A stretch of DNA of 61,680 nucleotides, the filler included, from Nitrospirae bacterium CG2_30_53_67 (GTDB lineage Bacteria; CG2-30-53-67): the NCBI GenBank assembly GCA_001873285.1. It is 4 parts of 4 records of this genome, joined end to end, with 100 filler letters (N's around TTAATTAATTAA, not from the genome) between each part and the next. Parts side by side here need not be neighbours in the genome. Positions count along the whole stretch, not along the records: positions 1 to 17,955 come from MNYV01000111.1; 3 more parts are not named here. One strand, 5' to 3'. Under the pieces are notes generated by a model. The model was not told the origin of the DNA, searched no databases, and saw nothing but the letters and a program-made list of their open reading frames with translations. Below are positions 1 to 8,615 of this stretch, piece after piece (positions within the stretch are counted from its first letter, which is position 1; the number at the start of each line of letters is the position of its first letter). Position numbers and translations under genes: made by a program.

Positions 1-23
1 TCCGTGCTCTCGTGGGGCAGGCC

Positions 24-1178
24 ATGAAACGGTACAGCATGGATATGACGGGGAGGAGCGCCCGGAGGAAGCCCAAGGGCCGGGCATTGATACCCAATGA
101 GGATGAGGTCTGGAAGGGGGAGATCCGGAACCGGGTACGAGAGCCTGATGAGCTGAAACGGTTCCTGAACCTTGATGATGCCTGCATCTCCTGGCTCAAA
201 GAGCATGGGGAGAGGCTCCCCTTTGCAGTGACCCCGTACCTTCTTTCCATAGCGGACCCGGATGATCCCCACTGCCCGATCCGGCGTCAGTTCCTTCCTT
301 CACCTGAGGAACTGAATGACCATCTGGGATATGCCGACCCCCTCCTGGAGAAGGAGCACGAGGCCGCACCCGGGCTGATCCGGGTCTATGAGGACCGTGC
401 AGCCTGGTGCGTCTCTTCGTTCTGCCCGAGTCTCTGCAGGCACTGCCTGAGAAGGGACCGGTTCCAAAGCGATCACCAAAACCCACCGAGCTGGGACCGG
501 ATCGCCTCTGTGCTGGATGCGGTATCATTGAATCCGGGGATACGGGACCTGCTCCTGACCGGAGGAGACCCTCTGGTCTACGAAGACGGTTTTCTGGAGG
601 AACTCCTCTTAAAGATCCGTGAGCTCGATCAGATCCAGATTGTAAGGATCGGGACCCGGCTTCCCTGCACGCTCCCGCAGCGCATCACCAACAACCTGCT
701 CAGGATGCTCAGGAAGTTCCAGCCCCTTTGGATCAGCACGCAGTTCAACCACCCCAGAGAGATCACCAAAGATTCGGCTGAGGCGTGCGTCAGGATTGCA
801 GAGGCCGGAATCCCCGTGCTGAACCAGAGCGTGCTGCTCCGGGGGGTCAACGACACAGCGCCGGTGATGAAGGATCTCGTGGAGAGACTGATCCGTATCC
901 GGGTCAGGCCCTACTATCTCTACCAGTGCCAGCTCGTCTCCGGCACGGCCCACTTCCGAACGACCATAGAGCAGGGCATGGGGCTTGTCCGGGCCCTCCG
1001 GGGCCGAACCAGCGGATTCGCCATCCCGCAGTACGTGCTTGATACCCCTTACGGCAAGGTCCCCCTCGGCCCGAACTACTTCAGAGGGAGGGAGGACGGC
1101 TCGGTGATGATGGAAAGCTACGACGGGCGTCTCTGGAAGGAGAAGAACCCGGTTTCAAAACCGGATATAGGAAATTAG
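24..1178 (+). CDS. KamA-family radical SAM PLP-dependent aminomutase (lysine 2,3-aminomutase-like)
   Basis: CxxxCxxC (CPSLCRHC), LLTGGDPL, RIGTR, NHPREIT, NQSVLLRGVND, RPYYLYQC and GKVP (PLP Lys) motifs; start codon uncertain (12/24/39). Confidence 0.9.
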   Translation: MKRYSMDMTGRSARRKPKGRALIPNEDEVWKGEIRNRVREPDELKRFLNLDDACISWLKEHGERLPFAVTPYLLSIADPDDPHCPIRRQFLPSPEELNDHLGYADPLLEKEHEAAPGLIRVYEDRAAWCVSSFCPSLCRHCLRRDRFQSDHQNPPSWDRIASVLDAVSLNPGIRDLLLTGGDPLVYEDGFLEELLLKIRELDQIQIVRIGTRLPCTLPQRITNNLLRMLRKFQPLWISTQFNHPREITKDSAEACVRIAEAGIPVLNQSVLLRGVNDTAPVMKDLVERLIRIRVRPYYLYQCQLVSGTAHFRTTIEQGMGLVRALRGRTSGFAIPQYVLDTPYGKVPLGPNYFRGREDGSVMMESYDGRLWKEKNPVSKPDIGN

Positions 1179-1307
1179 ATTGTACGGGGGTGTAATTTTT
1201 TGTATGATTGTAAAGAGACACGGCGCTTCAAATGATGGCGACAGAGATGAATAAGACTGTATAACAAGGGATGATCTATACATGGCGTCATAAGTCAACG
1301 ACACCTT

Positions 1308-1396
1308 GTCATTACCCGATCCCCGTCGTCATTCCACGGCTCGACCGGGGAATCCAGCCAGTCAAACTGGATTGTCCGGTCAAGCCGGACAATGAC
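1308..1396. repeat. Palindromic intergenic repeat (GTCATT...GGAATCCAG/CTGGATTGTCCGGTCAAGCCGGACAATGAC family)
   Basis: Terminal GTCATT/AATGAC inverted ends and internal hairpins; related, insert-laden copy at 13628-13790. Confidence 0.7.
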
Positions 1397-1497
1397 AAAC
1401 AGCCTAATACTTCGGTCGTTCTGTATAATATGCTTTGGAGATAATGCGCAATCATTTAAAACGTTGAGTATAACATCCGGAGTCATAAGGGTTACTT

Positions 1498-2262
1498 ATG
1501 CATATCGTTGCCATCCACAATCTGACCGGAGACAAGGAAGCCCCCGCCTTGGCCCTGGCCTCGGCACTGGGGACCACGGTCTATGAGGCCCGTCTTCGAC
1601 TTAACGTTCCGGGCGGGGGGCCATCGGTGGTTGCCGGCTTTGCGGAGATCAGGCAGGCCGAGGAGTCCGCTCGGAAACTCCGTGCCGCAGGATTCACGGC
1701 CATGATCCTGTCACAGAATGCGATTGAGTCCGATGCCTCACGATTCATCGTGCGGAGGTTCGAGTTCTCCGACCAGGGGATCCATGCCGAATCACGTCAG
1801 GAAAAGAGCCTGGAGGTTGCCTTCCGGGATATAGACCTGATATTGCGAGGGACCTCTATCGTCCGAAAGACCGAAACCAAGACGATTGAGAAACGGAAGC
1901 TCGACATAGGCCGGGCGCTGATGACGAGCGGTCTCAGCATCACCAAGTCCGAGAAAAGTATTCGGGAGACCACGACTGAAGATCGGGAAGGTTTTTTCCA
2001 TCTCTACTCCAAAGGCGGGCCTGCGCTCGTCTTCAGAGAGTGCGGCGTGCTCTATGACTCCCTCGGCCCGGCCATGCAGCCGTCCCGTGCGGCAAACTTC
2101 ATCACCATCCTCACTGAACTCCGGCGGCGATGCCCGCACGCGCTTTACGACGACCGCCTGGTGAACCGTGGAGGGCTGGCCCAGCTTCTGGGACCCATGC
2201 TCAGCCCGGAAGAGCACCTAAACGTGGCCACATCTCTCCTTGCCAGGGTTCTTCGGCCATGA
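1498..2262 (+). CDS. Conserved hypothetical protein
   Basis: 254-aa ORF with globular composition; no recognised motif. Confidence 0.7.
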   Translation: MHIVAIHNLTGDKEAPALALASALGTTVYEARLRLNVPGGGPSVVAGFAEIRQAEESARKLRAAGFTAMILSQNAIESDASRFIVRRFEFSDQGIHAESRQEKSLEVAFRDIDLILRGTSIVRKTETKTIEKRKLDIGRALMTSGLSITKSEKSIRETTTEDREGFFHLYSKGGPALVFRECGVLYDSLGPAMQPSRAANFITILTELRRRCPHALYDDRLVNRGGLAQLLGPMLSPEEHLNVATSLLARVLRP

Positions 2263-2299
2263 TTTCCATCATAATCATATTAACGACATGATCTTTCTA

Positions 2300-2480
2300 A
2301 ATCCGCCCTACCCCCTTCCCCGATAAAATCATTCGAGGACAAGTTTTCAAAAGGGGAAACGCAAGGAAGATCGTTTTTTTGATCTCCCTCCTCACCATTC
2401 ACCTCCCCTCCTTACAAAGAGGGGGAACCAGAGGTGAGGGGAGATTTTTCAAGAAAACGTCTATTGAATTATGGAATGAT
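2300..2480. repeat. REP-like element (CCCCTT...AAGGGG hairpin family), copy A
   Basis: Shares GGGGAAACG(C/T)AAGGAAGA...TTTTTGATCTCCCTCC and GGAGATTTT blocks with 3490-3770. Confidence 0.65.
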
Positions 2481-2653
2481 CGATAATTCTGAAGGTTCAC
2501 TCCCCCGGGATGCTCCCTGTAAAAATTTCTGGTCAGTGTCAAATAATTGTGCTATCTTTTGTTGCGTATCCTTTTTATGATGATCGGTGAATATGAATGG
2601 ATTGCGGGATGCGTCGTGAGGCGGCGGGTATTGATGGGTTCAAGTTTTGATAA

Positions 2654-2940
<287 letters not shown>

Positions 2941-2941
<1 letters not shown>

Positions 2942-3309
2942 TGAACATCAAACTGGATGAGAACATGCCTACTGCTCTCGCAGAAATGCTCCTGTCAGAA
3001 GGTTATAATGTGTCCACCGTTTCTGAAGAAAACCTTTCGGGAGCAAGTGATGCCCTGCTCTTGGAAAAGGCTACAGAAGAGAATCGTCTATTGATCACAT
3101 TTGATGTTGATTTTGGGAACATCCGGACCTTTCCGTTCGGATCGCACGCTGGCATTGTGGTTTTCCGCCTTCGGGATCAGCGCTGGGCTGTCTTGAAAGA
3201 GCCTGCCAAACGGTTGGTCACATCCGGTTTATTGGAGCGTCTTCAACGCGGCTTAGCAGTCGTGGATGAAAACCGCGTACGACTGCGGTTCAAAGGACCC
3301 AAGAAATGA
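2941..3309 (+). CDS. DUF5615 PIN-like toxin (VapC45-like)
   Basis: IKLDEN, GASD, LITFDVDFG and HAGIV motifs; TGATG overlap with the DUF433 gene. Confidence 0.88.
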
Positions 3310-3489
3310 GATGGAACCCAAAGGGGACATGGTTCACTTGTTCGCTGGAGCGAGCCACCGAAATGAACAAATCAACAAACCCTGAGTGATGCGGCCGAGG
3401 CGCTGCCCTGAATCGTGAATCAACGGGGACCAAATCTATATTCGTGATCACATATTGGCGCCAAACCTTAAAAATTCATTTTTCTTGAT

Positions 3490-3770
3490 TCCTTTGCCCC
3501 CCTTTTTCAAGGGGGAAACGTAAGGAAGAGCATCTTTTTGATCTCCCTCCCCCGATAAACCCATTCGAGGGCAGGCTCTCACCTCCCTTTGCCCCTTCGA
3601 CTGCGCTCAAGGCAGATGCCGGGAGGAATTTTCCCCCCTTTGGAAAAGAGGGGCGAGGGCCTATGGCTCGTTGCCTATTGGCCCGTGGGCCAACGGCCCA
3701 TAGGGAGCCAACGGCTCATAGAGGAGATTTTAAAATCAATGTCCATTCTATTTCGAGACCCTTCATAACG
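3490..3770. repeat. REP-like element, copy B, with nested short inserts
   Basis: Homologous to 2300-2480; contains CCCCCGATAAACCCATTCGAGGGCAGGCTC, whose reverse complement recurs at ~57668-57697. Confidence 0.65.
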
Positions 3771-3981
3771 CACAAAGAGAGACATGAGCGGAGAGGATTA
3801 GTTTCTCGATCCAAGGCGGAGCCGGTTTTACGTTATCCTCAACGGCACTTCTGACAAGGCCTTGATATGAGGAACCCAGTTTCGTAATGTGAATTCCCGT
3901 CATGCTCGATTTGGAAGGTTTTGGATCCATATCAACGGAAAGTCGGACTGCCGAAGGTGGCGTCATAGAGGGGGATTTTGC

Positions 3982-6897
3982 ATGAGATCACCAAATAGGG
4001 TTCGTTTTGGGTGGCTTCAAGCTACAATTATTCCAATCTGCTCGATCATATTTATGGTTTCGTCGGCGCCTGCTTTGGCGCTTGCAGGACAGTCTGTGGG
4101 AATTTCCACAATTCCAAACCCGCAACATATCCTGCCTATGGCCGCAAATGCGGCGACCACCTGCCCAAATTACAACGGTTTGTTGGACTCTATCTCCGTC
4201 CCTGTCTCGCACCAGATAAGCCTTTACGTTGTGATTTTTCAGCCTGCGCCAAAGGGCGGAGCAACCTTCCAACTGAGCTCAGACAACCCTTCCATCGCCG
4301 CTGCTGGCGACATCAAACAAGCTTTCCTGCCGAAGGTTTTCATCCCGGAAGGGCAAACTTATAGCAATCCATTCTCAATATTTGGGATTAGCGTGGGAGC
4401 CACACAACTCCGCATCACGCCACTAACATCCGGTTTTGTTCAAAGTGCCTTTCCTCTCGGTGCATGGGACGTCAACCAGGCCGGCAATCAAAAGTTTGTT
4501 GATGCCAACCCTCCCGTCAACCACTGCCGGGTTAGCGATTCAAGCAACGATCTCTCTACCGACGCGGCGGTTCTTGCGAGTTGCGGCAGTACGGTAAGAA
4601 ACGGCATTTCGGCAGATGGCGCCAGCCAATTTCTGATGCGCACCATCTCCGGCCTGCCCGGTACCGTCTGTTTTCAAATTACCTCCCAATCGAATTTCGA
4701 TCAGGGGGCGCTTCAGGACAGCGTAGTGCAAACGCAAACCGTATCCGGCCGCGAATACGGTTTCACTTACTACAAAGCGCCCGATTCCTTTGGCGATACC
4801 GTGAGTTTCCGACCGCTCGAAATCGAGTTTACCTTCACCCCCTCGATTGGCAATGGCAACACGAGCAGTTTCCGCGCTCAAACACAGATCGTTCGGCCGC
4901 CTGTTCTTCTGGTTCACGGTATTTGGAGTAAAGGAAGCGCCTGGTCTGGCATCTACATACCCAAGGACGATCCTTTTCACACTACCTACGTGGCTGACTA
5001 CGAAGCCACCAATGGGGCCGGTTTTTCCAACAATTTTCCCCGCGTACAGGACTTTGTGAAGCGCGCTATCGATAACGCCCGCGCCAAAGGATATGCTGTC
5101 ACACAAACGGACGTGATCGGCCATAGCATGGGCGGCATCTTGACCAGGCTCTACATAGGAAGCAATACATTCCAGCGTCCGGACAATTTCGGCAAGGGCG
5201 ACATTCGCCGGCTCCTCACGCTGGATACTCCCCACAGCGGCAGCACATTTGCCAATTTGGTCGCCGCGCTCCACCGCGTAAACGCGACGGAGGCTGATAA
5301 AGCCGTTAGAAGCATCACAGGTTATGCTCCAGATGGCGGAGCGGTGTGTGACCTTGCCGAAAACAGCCCAGCTCTACAGGGACTAAACAATCCAACCACG
5401 ATCTTGGGGCAATCTATTACTGGAACCGGTGGACCTGCCGTAGGTACTTACGACGCAGTGTCGGCTAAGTTTTTTGGAGGTGTTTTGGGAATTGGAAATA
5501 TTGAAGGAACGCTCACAAATACGCGCTGTCTCCACAGGAATATATTGTTCTCGTGCGATCAGAGAGAATTCATCTTCCCGCAAGACATCATCAATGGATT
5601 CCGATTCCGACAGGGCAACGACACTATCGTAGCCCTCAGCAGCCAACAAGGTGGACTTGCGGGTATCAATTTTCCTGATGTCATTCACTCAGGCCCTTTT
5701 TTTGTAAACGGCGTCCTCAGTTCATCATCCGTAGCGACCCGAGCCTACCAGTTGCTGGATGGTCCTCCCTCTATCTTTGAAAACAGCTTCCCAGGTATCG
5801 GTTCCAGCGGCTCGGGTGTCCCGATCACTGTTCCCGGCAGAGGCGCCGCGCAGGACCAGCAAGATTATTCCAATCAATGCGGTCCCGGAGGCCCCTTACA
5901 ACCCGCAGCTTCCGCTATCAATCAGCGCTTCGCAGCCGCCCTGCAACAGGCATCTGTCCCGGATAGCCGCGTACAAATGATCTCGCCTGCGGATGGCCGG
6001 ATTTTCGCTCCGGGCGACACCGTGAACATCACGGTCAAGCTGACCCCGCCTCTCATTGCGAACAACATCGCAGTCGATATGACGGAGGGGTTCGGGGAAC
6101 TGGAGGGGACAAACTACGATGGCACACAGTATCAGGCTATCTTTGTGATCCCGGACTTTTTCGCCGGACCCCTCATCCTGACACCCGACATCACGGATAC
6201 GAATAACATCCCCATACTTGGCGCACCCATCACTATAGCCGTAAGACCCGCAACGCCCCCGATTGACATCGCGTTCCGGCAGAAGAACTTCCGTATCACG
6301 CTTCCGACTACCAATCCATCGGAGTCCCTTGCCCTCATGGGCACTTACGATGGACCCATCGAGTACGATATGACTTCTTCCGTTACCGGGACATCCTACC
6401 AAACAACGAACCCCGCAGTAGTCAAGGTCAATAACGAAGGTATCTATCAGATTATGGGTAGTGGGACAGCCGTTGTTACCGCCTCCAACTCTGGACTCAA
6501 GGACTTTGCCGCTTTTGTCGTGGAAGACCCGGTTAATCCCCTGCAACCGGAAGATGTCAGCGCTCAGTTCTCCATTCAAGAGAGCGGCTTCCGTCTTGAT
6601 CGCACGAAGGGTTTCTTTGTCCAGAGCGTGTCCATGACCAATAACGAGCCCATACCGGCGCCTGGTCCGCTCTATCTGCTGATCAGCGGGTTGCCGGCGG
6701 GAGTCAACCTGGTCAACCAATCTGGTATCACCCAAAACATTCAGATGGGGACCCCTTATATCACTCTCCCACTAAGTTCAGATGGACTCAATCTACAGCC
6801 AGGCCAAAGCATCACTCTTACATTGCAATTCCTAAATCCCACGCGGACAAACATTGGTTACATTGCAACGGTTTGGCGAACAGCAGGGGTTCCTTAA
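3982..6897 (+). CDS. Large secreted alpha/beta-hydrolase (PGAP1/esterase-lipase-like) with Ig-like domains
   Basis: Signal peptide (..SSAPALALA), LLVHGIWS, GHSMGG nucleophile elbow, TLDTPHSGS, candidate Asp (NDTIV) and His (VIHSG); Big_2-like segments; ATG at 3982 follows an AGAGGGGG RBS. Confidence 0.8.
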   Translation: MRSPNRVRFGWLQATIIPICSIIFMVSSAPALALAGQSVGISTIPNPQHILPMAANAATTCPNYNGLLDSISVPVSHQISLYVVIFQPAPKGGATFQLSSDNPSIAAAGDIKQAFLPKVFIPEGQTYSNPFSIFGISVGATQLRITPLTSGFVQSAFPLGAWDVNQAGNQKFVDANPPVNHCRVSDSSNDLSTDAAVLASCGSTVRNGISADGASQFLMRTISGLPGTVCFQITSQSNFDQGALQDSVVQTQTVSGREYGFTYYKAPDSFGDTVSFRPLEIEFTFTPSIGNGNTSSFRAQTQIVRPPVLLVHGIWSKGSAWSGIYIPKDDPFHTTYVADYEATNGAGFSNNFPRVQDFVKRAIDNARAKGYAVTQTDVIGHSMGGILTRLYIGSNTFQRPDNFGKGDIRRLLTLDTPHSGSTFANLVAALHRVNATEADKAVRSITGYAPDGGAVCDLAENSPALQGLNNPTTILGQSITGTGGPAVGTYDAVSAKFFGGVLGIGNIEGTLTNTRCLHRNILFSCDQREFIFPQDIINGFRFRQGNDTIVALSSQQGGLAGINFPDVIHSGPFFVNGVLSSSSVATRAYQLLDGPPSIFENSFPGIGSSGSGVPITVPGRGAAQDQQDYSNQCGPGGPLQPAASAINQRFAAALQQASVPDSRVQMISPADGRIFAPGDTVNITVKLTPPLIANNIAVDMTEGFGELEGTNYDGTQYQAIFVIPDFFAGPLILTPDITDTNNIPILGAPITIAVRPATPPIDIAFRQKNFRITLPTTNPSESLALMGTYDGPIEYDMTSSVTGTSYQTTNPAVVKVNNEGIYQIMGSGTAVVTASNSGLKDFAAFVVEDPVNPLQPEDVSAQFSIQESGFRLDRTKGFFVQSVSMTNNEPIPAPGPLYLLISGLPAGVNLVNQSGITQNIQMGTPYITLPLSSDGLNLQPGQSITLTLQFLNPTRTNIGYIATVWRTAGVP

Positions 6898-6934
6898 GTA
6901 GAGTGAGAATGAACCGTCCTATAGTGGAGGAAAT

Positions 6935-7549
6935 ATGAAAAAATCGAGACTCTTAGCAATCGTACTGCTCATTGAAGCATGGTTGTCCGGTCCGGTTTAT
7001 GCCGTTCCTTTTCTGATTACAGTGGATACAATCCCATTGAGCGGACAAAGCGGATTCATCGCTTTTGATTTCGCGGCCGGTTCGCCTGTACCAGGCAACT
7101 CTGCGGTCATCAGCAGCTTCAACTCCGACAGCACACTCGGCTCTTTTTCACAGAGCGGCGATGTATCGGGAATCCTGGTGCCAGGCCCCCTTTCTTTGGG
7201 CGATACCCAGTTCTTCAACGAATGGCTACAGAGCATGAGCTCTTTCGGCACCACACTCTCCTATCAGTTGGATTTGGGATCAAATACGGCTTTGGGCGGC
7301 AGTCCGGATTCATTCTCTTTTTTCCTGCTCGATAGTCATCAGATACCTTTCGCCACATCTGACCCTACGCAAGCAGACGCACTGATCGCCATTGACTTGA
7401 ATGGGTCAAGTACCACCCCTTCCGTTTATACTTCCAGCTTCGCCACTGCCGGCATACAACCCATAAATATTATTCCAGAGCCATCATCATTATGGCTAAC
7501 AGTGATAGCCCTACCGTTGTTGTGGCGAAAAAGAAGGAACGTTGCATAG
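6935..7549 (+). CDS. PEP-CTERM surface protein (resembles the NF038129 family)
   Basis: Signal peptide; C-terminal IPEPSSLWLTVIALPLLWRKRR sorting signal; N-terminal TVDT..L.GQSGFIAFDF pattern. Confidence 0.88.
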   Translation: MKKSRLLAIVLLIEAWLSGPVYAVPFLITVDTIPLSGQSGFIAFDFAAGSPVPGNSAVISSFNSDSTLGSFSQSGDVSGILVPGPLSLGDTQFFNEWLQSMSSFGTTLSYQLDLGSNTALGGSPDSFSFFLLDSHQIPFATSDPTQADALIAIDLNGSSTTPSVYTSSFATAGIQPINIIPEPSSLWLTVIALPLLWRKRRNVA

Positions 7550-7590
7550 CGAATTTGCACAGCTATGCGTTTATATGGCATTAATCTACG

Positions 7591-8034
7591 ATGCTATTAG
7601 ACAAGATGATGATTATTAAAATGCTCGTGATCGTCATCGCCATCGCTCAAGTTGCGGCTGTCGCAACAAGTTTGGACGAGACGATTATTATTAAGCCGCT
7701 CGTGATCGTCATCGCCATCGCTCAAGTTACGGCTCTCGCAGCAGGTTTGAAGGGCTCAGTTCGCTTGGGTTCCTGGATCAGCCTTCTTTGCCCCTTGATT
7801 CTTCTCGGTATTTACCTTACCGGCATGGGACCAATAATATCATGGAGCGACTTCACACACCACGTACAGAAAATTTTTCCTCTCTTTGCCATCCATGTGG
7901 TTAGTATTCTTTTGTTACTTCTGCTCTGTCAAACACGCGGACGACCCCCACAGTTATTCTGGATTGTCTGGACCGTTAATTCGTACTTATGCACTTTAAT
8001 GATCTATGCAGTCTTTTTTTTCAGGCTCTTTTAG
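7591..8034 (+). CDS. Multi-pass membrane protein, tandem paralogue 1
   Basis: About 5 hydrophobic segments; internal 25-aa duplication; near-copy at 8056-8493. Confidence 0.7.
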   Translation: MLLDKMMIIKMLVIVIAIAQVAAVATSLDETIIIKPLVIVIAIAQVTALAAGLKGSVRLGSWISLLCPLILLGIYLTGMGPIISWSDFTHHVQKIFPLFAIHVVSILLLLLLCQTRGRPPQLFWIVWTVNSYLCTLMIYAVFFFRLF

Positions 8035-8055
8035 GAACAAAGGCATTTATCTACT

Positions 8056-8493
8056 ATGCTATTAGATAAGATGATGATTATTAAAATGCTCGTGATAATC
8101 ATCGCCATCGTTCAAGTTATGGCTGTCCAGACAGGTTTGGAAGAGATGATTATTATTAAGCCGCTCGTGATCGTCATCGCCATCGCTCAAGTTGCGGCTC
8201 TCGCAGCAGGTTTGAAGGGCTCAGTTCGCTTGGGTTCCTGGATCAGCCTTCTTTGCCCCTTGATTCTTCTCGGTATTTACTTTACCAACATGAGACGCAT
8301 GCAATCATGGAGCAACCTCAAACCGATAGAATTTTCCTTCCTTGCTATCAATGTGGTTACTATTCCTTTGTTACTTCTGCTCTGTCAAACACGCGGACGA
8401 CCCCCACAGTTGTTGTTCTGGGCTGTCTGGACCGTTAATTCGTGCTTATGCACTATAATGATCTATGCAGCCTTTTTTTCCAGAGTCTTTTAG
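8056..8493 (+). CDS. Multi-pass membrane protein, tandem paralogue 2
   Basis: Duplicate of 7591-8034 offset by 465 bp, with a divergent central loop. Confidence 0.7.
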   Translation: MLLDKMMIIKMLVIIIAIVQVMAVQTGLEEMIIIKPLVIVIAIAQVAALAAGLKGSVRLGSWISLLCPLILLGIYFTNMRRMQSWSNLKPIEFSFLAINVVTIPLLLLLCQTRGRPPQLLFWAVWTVNSCLCTIMIYAAFFSRVF

Positions 8494-8615
8494 GAACAAA
8501 GGGGACAAAGGGGAGGGAACAAAGGGGACGCAACCCTTTTCATGTCTCGCAACCAATTAGACCGATCTTCTCTTGTTTCCGATAGGGGAATAGGGACACA
8601 GAGGATAGGCGGGTT

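Noticed and set aside
1411..1444. dif/Xer site
   Set aside because: Lacks the XerD arm consensus (TTATGTTAAAT); kept only as an unexplained repeat.
7591..8493. Diversity-generating retroelement TR/VR pair
   Set aside because: Differences are not adenine-specific, include indels, and no reverse transcriptase is present.
6898..8500. Integron cassette array for the accessory genes
   Set aside because: No convincing attC (RYYYAAC...GTTRRRY) structures between the genes and no integrase.
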